From an uncultured Candidatus Saccharibacteria bacterium (lineage in GTDB: Bacteria; Patescibacteriota; Minisyncoccia; Phycocordibacterales; VMEP01), in the NCBI GenBank assembly GCA_964366065.1, contig CAYISF010000001.1, positions 1-31,281 on the forward strand: 31,281 nt of DNA, read 5' to 3'. A model generated the notes under the pieces. The model ran no database searches and was not told where the DNA came from. It was given only the letters and a program-made list of their open reading frames with translations. Positions 25,673-31,281 of this stretch are shown here, in pieces. Numbering within the stretch: position 1 is the first letter of the stretch; the number at the start of each line of letters is the position of its first letter. The position numbers and the translations under genes are program-made.

Positions 25673-26911
25673 ATGGATTTTATTTCTTTTTTTACCTATT
25701 CGTTCCAGCAGTTAATAACACTTTCACAGGATACGGCGGGCTATTGGGCGCCGTTTATTTTTGGTTTTTTCTTTTGGAAAGCGTGGATGTACTACATACA
25801 GACGGACTATCTCTCCAAAATGAAATGGGTGCTGCTTGAGATTCACCTCCCCAAAGAAGTGTACAAACCACTCCAAGCCATGGAGTTTGTACTTATGTCC
25901 TTAGACCAGCCAAGACCGGGGTCCAGGTATGAGAAGTACTGGGTCGGTCTTGTACCTCCGTGGTTTTCGCTTGAAGTTGTTTCCATCGGCGGCAACATAC
26001 GATTTTTTATCCGCATGCATATATTTTATAAAAATTTAATTGAAGCACGCATTTACTCGCAGTTTCCGGAAATTGAATTAAGCGAGGCGCCGGATTATAC
26101 AAATATACCCATACCTTCAGCCGGAACCTGGGTCAGTTTGTATGGCGCGGAATATAAATTGTTGAAACCCGACCCTATTCCCATAAAAACATACGTGGAT
26201 TACGGAATGGACAGGGCGTATTTGGATGAAAAACAGCGTTTCGATCCGATGGCGCCTATGCTCGAATCATTGGGGTCCATTGGTCCCGATGAACAGTTTT
26301 GGGTTCAGATTCTGGTTCAATCGCACAAGAAACGGTATAAAAAAGAAGATGGAGACCTGGGCGACTGGCGCGATGAAGCCAAGGATGAGGTGAAAAAAAT
26401 AATGGAGGGAGAAAAAAAAGAAGATGATAAAAAAGACGACCTTAGGTCCGTACCGCTCTTTCGCCTGACTAAAACGCAGACAGAGAATATTGCTGCCATT
26501 GAACGGAATATATCAAAAACAGGTCTTGATTGCGGAATAAGAGCGATTTATATGGCAAAACCGGGGAAATTTGTAATCAGCAATATCCCGGTGATTAGCG
26601 GTCTGTTTAAACAATATAACTCAAGTGAACTTAATGGTTTTAAGTCAGTACGCTCGGTGGGATTTGATTCTCCCTGGGAAGACGTGGACAGGGTTCTTGG
26701 CATTCACCGCCTCGGCCGGGTAAGGCGAAGATTTTTTGACTCCTACCGCCGGCGTTCGTATTTTTATCCTCCCTACAAACGAAAACCTTTTGTTTTAACG
26801 GTAGAGGAACTGGCGACAATCTTCCACTTCCCGAGCGCCATTGCCGAGACCCCGACATTAAAGCGGATGGAATCAAAAAAGTCGGAGCCGCCGACAAATC
26901 TTCCACTTTAA
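25673..26911 (+). CDS. Conserved CPR hypothetical membrane-anchored protein, resembling the N-terminal region of CPR T4SS/TraG-like proteins but with no ATPase motifs
   Basis: LLEI.LPKEV.K...AME..L, FSLE.VS..G.I.FFI, IE..IYSQFPEIE, PIKTY.D, EELATIFHFP. No Walker A motif. Confidence 0.65.
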   Translation: MDFISFFTYSFQQLITLSQDTAGYWAPFIFGFFFWKAWMYYIQTDYLSKMKWVLLEIHLPKEVYKPLQAMEFVLMSLDQPRPGSRYEKYWVGLVPPWFSLEVVSIGGNIRFFIRMHIFYKNLIEARIYSQFPEIELSEAPDYTNIPIPSAGTWVSLYGAEYKLLKPDPIPIKTYVDYGMDRAYLDEKQRFDPMAPMLESLGSIGPDEQFWVQILVQSHKKRYKKEDGDLGDWRDEAKDEVKKIMEGEKKEDDKKDDLRSVPLFRLTKTQTENIAAIERNISKTGLDCGIRAIYMAKPGKFVISNIPVISGLFKQYNSSELNGFKSVRSVGFDSPWEDVDRVLGIHRLGRVRRRFFDSYRRRSYFYPPYKRKPFVLTVEELATIFHFPSAIAETPTLKRMESKKSEPPTNLPL

Positions 26912-26919
26912 ATTCAATC

Positions 26920-27915
26920 ATGCATTTATTCTCCAAAAAAGAACCGGCATATCTGTTTGTGCCCAATAATCCCATTTCAAAAAAACAGTGGATTATCGGG
27001 TCTATCCTCGCCGCTATCGCCATCCTTTATTATTTTTTTGCCAGCGCGCCGGGTAATTTCCCGGTCGGTAAAACAATCCGCGTACCAAGCGGCATTTCAA
27101 CCAAAGCAGTTTCAGAGATGCTGGGAAACGAGAATATCGTCCGGTCGCCATTCGTACTTCGGACAATCCTCTTTCTTTCTGGGCAAGAATCAAATGTCGT
27201 CGCCGGCGACTATATCCTTTTATCCAGGGAAGGCGCGTTTACCATAGCGTATCGCCTGTCTGCCGGAGAATTTGATTTGACCCCTATTCGCGTGACGGTT
27301 CCGGAAGGCACGGCAAGTTTTAATATCTCCAAGCTTTTCGGAAAAGATTTCTATAATTTTAACAGCGAGGAATTCTTGAAATTAATCGAAGGGAAAGAAG
27401 GGTACTTATTTCCCGATACTTATTTAATTTTTCCGAACGCCACGACTGAAGAAATCGTAAGGATGATGGAAAGCACGTTTACCCGGAAGATGAAAGAAAT
27501 TGGGAATGAAATTACCGTGTCGGGTAAAAGTATTCACGATATAATCGTTATGGCTTCCATTATTGAGCATGAAGCGAAAAAAACAAATGACAGACGCATT
27601 GTCTCAGGCATTTTGTGGAAGCGCTTGTCTATCAATATGGCTCTTCAGGTTGACGCGCCATTTGCTTATATCAGCGACAAGAGCACCTATGAATTGACCA
27701 AGGATGACCTTAAGCAGGATTCCCCGTACAATACATATAATCGTACCGGCCTCCCGCCCGGGGCCATTAATAATCCGGGGATGGACGCAATTCTTGCCGC
27801 CATTTACCCGACGAAATCGCCCTATTTGTATTATTTATCCGACCGGGCAGGGAATATCTATTACGCGGCCACTTTTGGCGAGCATAAGAAGAATAAAGAA
27901 AAGTATATATACTAA
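26920..27915 (+). CDS. mltG: Endolytic transglycosylase MltG (YceG family)
   Basis: N-terminal TM, VTVPEG, EGYLFPDTY, IIVMASIIEHE, LQVDA, SPYNTY...GLPPGAINNPG..AI.A. Confidence 0.93.
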   Translation: MHLFSKKEPAYLFVPNNPISKKQWIIGSILAAIAILYYFFASAPGNFPVGKTIRVPSGISTKAVSEMLGNENIVRSPFVLRTILFLSGQESNVVAGDYILLSREGAFTIAYRLSAGEFDLTPIRVTVPEGTASFNISKLFGKDFYNFNSEEFLKLIEGKEGYLFPDTYLIFPNATTEEIVRMMESTFTRKMKEIGNEITVSGKSIHDIIVMASIIEHEAKKTNDRRIVSGILWKRLSINMALQVDAPFAYISDKSTYELTKDDLKQDSPYNTYNRTGLPPGAINNPGMDAILAAIYPTKSPYLYYLSDRAGNIYYAATFGEHKKNKEKYIY

Positions 27916-27917
27916 TC

Positions 27918-28019
27918 AACGAATTATACAAATTTACGAATGAATACGGATGAATTGATTTATTCGTAACCATTCGTAACCATTCGTATCATTCGTTTCC
28001 ATTCGTAACCATTCGTATT
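27918..28019. repeat. Inverted arrays of 9-10-bp units: about 4 ACGAAT-like cores facing 6 ATTCGT cores
   Basis: acgaat 27919, acaaat 27928, acgaat 27936, acggat 27946. attcgt at 27962, 27972, 27982, 27991, 28001, 28011, ending at the ATG at 28020. Confidence 0.9.
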
Positions 28020-28571
28020 ATGAGAACCCGCAAACTTGCTTTTATAGACACTGAGACAACCGGGCTGGAACCGGACAAGCATGAGCTTATTGAAATCGGA
28101 CTCGTCCTTGCGGAACAATCTCTGTCCAAAGAAAAGAAAATTATTTTAAATGTAATTGAGGAGTGGGAAGTAAAAATAAAGCCTCTTCATATTGAACAGG
28201 CTGATCCGGAATCACTTCTGATAAATCATTACAACGAAGCGGATTGGGTTTTTGCCGTCCCTCTGAATAAGGCGCTTATAGAGTTTTCCAAGAAGACCGA
28301 CAATGCCATGATGGTCGGGCAGAATGTGTCGCATGATTTTTCTTTTCTGCAAAAGGCCTTTGCCGAGACGGGGGTGGAAAATAAGATGCATTACCATAAA
28401 TTGGACACTATTTCCATAGCGTTCGCCAAATTGTATGCTCACGAAGAGGTGGAAAAATTATCACTCCGCGCGCTTTGCGAATATCTGGGCGTTAAAAACA
28501 GGAATGCTCACTCGGCGCTTTCCGACGCCCGCGCGACCTTTGAAGTGTTTCAGAAGCTGATGGCGCTATAG
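28020..28571 (+). CDS. DEDDh 3'-5' exonuclease (DnaQ-like)
   Basis: FIDTETTGL (ExoI), GQNVSHD..FL (ExoII), HSALSDA (ExoIII). Confidence 0.9.
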   Translation: MRTRKLAFIDTETTGLEPDKHELIEIGLVLAEQSLSKEKKIILNVIEEWEVKIKPLHIEQADPESLLINHYNEADWVFAVPLNKALIEFSKKTDNAMMVGQNVSHDFSFLQKAFAETGVENKMHYHKLDTISIAFAKLYAHEEVEKLSLRALCEYLGVKNRNAHSALSDARATFEVFQKLMAL

Positions 28572-28615
28572 GGATTAGAAAAACTAAAATCGAAGGAATT
28601 GGGGTTTGCGTAAAT

Positions 28616-28660
28616 AAAAAAGACCCCTTCCTGTGCGACAGTGTCGCGTGGGTTGGGGTC
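28616..28660 (-). terminator. Probable intrinsic terminator of the SPFH gene
   Basis: GACCCC...GCGACA-G-TGTCGC...GGGGTC hairpin next to an A6 run (U-tract on the minus strand). Confidence 0.6.
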
Positions 28661-28679
28661 CGATCCATCTGGATCTGTC

Positions 28680-29567
28680 TTACTTAAGGGGCACGGTCGG
28701 CTGTACGCCGAGCTGGCCGATGATTGCAGTACAGTTCGCCTTGTTTCCGCAGGCCCCTATAGCCTCGATTTGTTTCTTGGCTATTTCCAGTTGCAGGAAC
28801 TGACTCGGCGTAAAACCAATGTTGTTGCGATACGCATTGTCGGCGTTGGCTCGTTCCGTTTCGGCGTTCTTACGCTGGATTTCGGCCTTTGTTCGCTCGT
28901 CTTCCGTCTTTGCCCGCTGTTGCTGGGCGGCCGTGTCAGCGAGGTTGTCGAGAATCTTCTGCGGCGGAGTCGCTTTGCCGACGATGACTTCCATCACTTC
29001 CGCATCGATGCCCTTGGTTTTGACGAACTCGCGCATTTCACCAATAACGACGCGTTGGATCTCGCCCAAGATATCTTTCCCATCGGCGTTGAGCTGCCGC
29101 GTGGTCAGCGCCGTCATGGACGTCTTTGATACTTCGTCACGAACCGATGTGCGAAACACTTCTTTCAGGTTCATCTGGTACCACGTTGGTCCGAACGACG
29201 CGTGTAGCCGCGGCGTCTTTCCCGGAATCGGCCGCACCTTGATATAGGCGTTGAAGTCGATCGGAATGTTGTCGGCGGTGATGGTACCGTCCTTCACGTC
29301 GTCAAACGGCTCGGTGTGCTGAATCGGCCGCACATCGTACATAATCGGTTCGGTCGTGTAGAACAGCCACTTTGAGCCAGTCGTGAATGGCTCGGACCGG
29401 ACGCCACCGTTATCAAAGATCGTCCAGAACGGTTTGTCCACCAGAACCGCTTCGTTTCCGGCTTCCACCTGAACACGTTTCGTGACCGCAAACATCACAA
29501 TCACGAACAAAAGTAGTAGCACAGAGGCGACCACACTGAAAACAGGGAATTTCTTCTCGCTATCCAT
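28680..29567 (-). CDS. SPFH/band-7 (prohibitin-like) domain protein with a single N-terminal TM
   Basis: TM VVASVLLLLFVIVMFAV; V.AG.EAVLV.KP; F.TSVRD.VS; EV.EVIVG...PP..I; Ala/Gln/Glu-rich coiled coil. GAGGAG lies 6 nt upstream of the ATG. Confidence 0.85.
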   Translation of the reverse strand: MDSEKKFPVFSVVASVLLLLFVIVMFAVTKRVQVEAGNEAVLVDKPFWTIFDNGGVRSEPFTTGSKWLFYTTEPIMYDVRPIQHTEPFDDVKDGTITADNIPIDFNAYIKVRPIPGKTPRLHASFGPTWYQMNLKEVFRTSVRDEVSKTSMTALTTRQLNADGKDILGEIQRVVIGEMREFVKTKGIDAEVMEVIVGKATPPQKILDNLADTAAQQQRAKTEDERTKAEIQRKNAETERANADNAYRNNIGFTPSQFLQLEIAKKQIEAIGACGNKANCTAIIGQLGVQPTVPLK

Positions 29568-29608
29568 CTTATACTCCTCAAAGAACTCACGCGAAATTGC
29601 GTTCTGGT

Positions 29609-29636
29609 ACTATATCATAGATAAGATTTTTGTCAA
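29609..29636 (-). promoter_or_regulatory. Sigma-70 promoter of the SPFH gene
   Basis: Minus strand TTGACA-N16-TATAGT with TGA immediately before the -10 (extended TGn). Confidence 0.7.
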
Positions 29637-29732
29637 TCCCACGTAATGGGGCAATAGAGTTTAGATATTCACCCAATCGGTCGTTATCAGAAAAATCTCA
29701 AAAATTTGGGAGGTATACAAAACCTAGTAATA

Positions 29733-29760
29733 TTCAATTTTCTGCTTTTAACTTTTCATT
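29733..29760 (-). repeat. AGTTAAA-family heptamer array upstream of mnmA
   Basis: Minus strand aatgaaa agttaaa agcagaa aattgaa; same family as the leuS 23694 array. Confidence 0.55.
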
Positions 29761-29780
29761 ACCTGCGGTATTATCCGCAC

Positions 29781-30872
29781 ATGGTGCGAAAGAAAACAAA
29801 AGGTAAAGTTTTCGTGGCGCTGTCGGGCGGCGTGGACTCATCCGTTTCGGCGGCACTCTTACAAAAAACCGGCTATGACGTGACAGGCGTATTTATCAAG
29901 GTCTGGCAGCCCGATTTTTTGCCGTGCTCGTGGCGGGAGGAGCGCAGGGATGCCATGCGGGTGGCGGCTAAACTCGGCATTCCGTTTCTCACCTTTGACT
30001 TGGAGCGCGAGTATAAGCGTGATGTCGCGGATTATATGATTCGCGAGTACAAAGCCGGACGGACGCCGAACCCCGATGTGATGTGCAATAAATACGTGAA
30101 ATTCGGGGCGTTCTACAAAAGGGCGCACGGACTCGGAGCGGATTTCATTGCGACCGGACATTACGCGCGAATTAAAACTAACAACCTACAACCTACAACC
30201 TACAACCTACTAACGGCGGCTGATAAAGCAAAAGATCAATCTTATTTTCTATGGACAATCAACCAGAAAGTTTTATCACACACGCTTTTTCCGATAGGCG
30301 GTTACAAAAAGAGCGAAGTGCGCGCTCTGGCAGAAAAGTTCGGCCTATTTACTTCGGAGAAAAAAGACAGCCAGGGGCTTTGTTTTATCGGGGAAATGGA
30401 TATGAAAGAATTTCTTTCGCATTACATTAAAGCGTCCCGCGGAGATGTCTTAAACGAAAAAGGGGAGAGTATCGGGTATCACTACGGAGCGTGGTTTTTC
30501 GCTCCCGGCGAACGGCACGGTTTTACTGTTCTCAAAAAGAGCCCGCATGATGAACCGCTTTACGTAATCGCCAAGGATGTGTCTAAAAATACGATAACAG
30601 TCGGAGTGCAGCGGAACCATTCGTCTGAATCAAATTTGCGAACGATAACGCTTTCCGAAACAAACTGGATTTCCGGCATGGCGCCTGTGGCAGGGAAAAA
30701 GTATCGTGGCCGTCCGCGTTATAGAGCATCCTTAATCGCCGTGGCAGTGAAAAAAATTAAGCCCGGAAAGGCAACTCTTGCTCTCGCTGAAAAAGATGCT
30801 AATCTCGCGCCCGGCCAGTCATTCGTTCTTTACGACAAGGAAGTGTGTTTGGGTGGGGGCGTCATTGGCTGA
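29781..30872 (+). CDS. mnmA: tRNA-specific 2-thiouridylase MnmA
   Basis: VALSGGVDSSV, GRTPNPDVMCNKYVKFG, IATGHYAR, KDQSYFL, KKDSQGLCFIG, APGQS.VLY...CLGGG. ATG 29781 is preferred over TTG 29706. Confidence 0.97.
   Translation: MVRKKTKGKVFVALSGGVDSSVSAALLQKTGYDVTGVFIKVWQPDFLPCSWREERRDAMRVAAKLGIPFLTFDLEREYKRDVADYMIREYKAGRTPNPDVMCNKYVKFGAFYKRAHGLGADFIATGHYARIKTNNLQPTTYNLLTAADKAKDQSYFLWTINQKVLSHTLFPIGGYKKSEVRALAEKFGLFTSEKKDSQGLCFIGEMDMKEFLSHYIKASRGDVLNEKGESIGYHYGAWFFAPGERHGFTVLKKSPHDEPLYVIAKDVSKNTITVGVQRNHSSESNLRTITLSETNWISGMAPVAGKKYRGRPRYRASLIAVAVKKIKPGKATLALAEKDANLAPGQSFVLYDKEVCLGGGVIG
30176..30210 (+). repeat. AACTAAC plus (AACCTAC)x4 array in frame in mnmA
   Basis: Encodes TNNLQPTTYNLL; same unit as the leuS 22464 array. 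Confidence 0.92.
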
Positions 30873-30901
30873 AGTTATCCATAGTTGCGGTTTTTCTTTT
30901 T

Positions 30902-30910
30902 TGCTATAAT
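30902..30910 (+). promoter_or_regulatory. Extended -10 element TGCTATAAT
   Basis: Consensus match in the AT-rich intergenic region upstream of the mgtC-like gene. Confidence 0.45.
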
Positions 30911-31002
30911 GAAACATATTATAGGGTAATATATATGCCACAAAGTCCCGCAGTAAAAATGATGCCGGAGAAATATGCGCGATTTAAAAAACAGCAATGT
31001 TA

Positions 31003-31082
31003 GAAATTATTAAACATAATCTAGAAATAGCGATAAAACTACTCCGACAGGAGTAGCGCCATTTTCCACTATCGGGATGGAA
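31003..31082 (+). repeat. 80-bp dispersed repeat, copy 2, ending in the ATG GAA of the mgtC-like gene
   Basis: See copy 1. Perfect stem CTACTCC-GACA-GGAGTAG. Confidence 0.88.
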
Positions 31083-31281
31083 TTTTTCAATACTCTCGCC
31101 TCGGATGCCAATATGGACATTCTTCTCAAGCTTTTCATGGCGCTTTTTTTCGGCGCCGTTTTAGGGCTTGAGCGCGTCTTTGCCCATCGTCCGGCTGGTC
31201 CGCGCACTTACGCCCTTGTTTCCATGGGTTCTGCTCTTTTCATCATTATTTCGGAAATCATTTCCCTGCAATATCTGTCGC
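31077..31281 (+). CDS. MgtC/SapB family membrane protein, 3'-truncated by the window end
   Basis: Translated by hand: MEFFNTLASDANMDILLKLFMALFFGAVLGLERVFAHRPAGPRTYALVSMGSALFIII, matching the MgtC G..(I/L)GLER...(K/R)PAG.RT..LV..GSALF pattern. Confidence 0.85.
   Translation, partial: MEFFNTLASDANMDILLKLFMALFFGAVLGLERVFAHRPAGPRTYALVSMGSALFIIISEIISLQYLS

Noticed and set aside
25673-26911. Conjugative coupling ATPase or ICE
   Set aside because: No Walker motifs, relaxase or other T4SS genes; it appears to be a conserved chromosomal CPR gene.
28641-29247. ORFs 28641..29129 (+) and 28819..29247 (-)
   Set aside because: They overlap the SPFH gene, which has its own promoter, Shine-Dalgarno and terminator.
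29706-29780. N-terminal extension of mnmA from TTG 29706
   Set aside because: It runs through a heptamer array and a likely promoter region; ATG 29781 gives a normal-length MnmA.
30935-31003. 22-aa ORF MPQSPAVKMMPEKYARFKKQQC
   Set aside because: Too short, with no motif or second copy. It is noted only because it overlaps the putative uORF start at 30997.
1-31281. Alternative genetic code (UGA=Gly, as in Gracilibacteria/SR1), tRNA or rRNA genes
   Set aside because: TGA ends genes at 16385 and 30872, and the long ORFs are intact under code 11. No cloverleaf or rRNA signature was seen by eye; tRNAscan-SE/Infernal were not run.

Overview
This 31.3-kb window looks like chromosomal DNA from a Candidate Phyla Radiation (Patescibacteria/Parcubacteria-like) bacterium using genetic code 11. 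The lineage call is inferred from gene content and was not checked by search. The left half (1-15051) is a cell-surface locus: a 5'-truncated giant adhesin-like gene; a 2291-aa secreted protein with an apparently exact 2845-bp internal duplication; a RAYT (HUH/Y1) transposase with its REP palindromes; a dockerin protein; and two membrane-anchored cohesin-like proteins. The right half is mostly housekeeping or CPR-conserved genes: a membrane operon with an NAD(P)H oxidoreductase, ychF, leuS, a sigma70-r4/HARE-HTH protein, mltG, a DEDDh exonuclease, an SPFH gene, mnmA and a truncated mgtC-like gene. The strongest signal is a set of small repeat elements that invade genes in frame. (1) A four-helix-bundle gene sits between inverted 7-mer arrays; the right array is translated as the hydrophobic segment that fuses it to a cohesin-like protein. 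(2) Apparently empty inverted arrays lie at 15066-15160 and 27918-28019. (3) Heptamer arrays are read in frame in leuS (three) and mnmA. (4) The RAYT's REP occurs twice inside the RAYT itself and once inside ychF, always in the same frame. (5) A 147-bp insertion duplicated the ychF 5' end. (6) An 80-bp repeat supplies the ATG of two unrelated genes. No CRISPR array, rRNA, tRNA, integrase or reverse transcriptase was seen. All domain calls are by-eye motif recognition.
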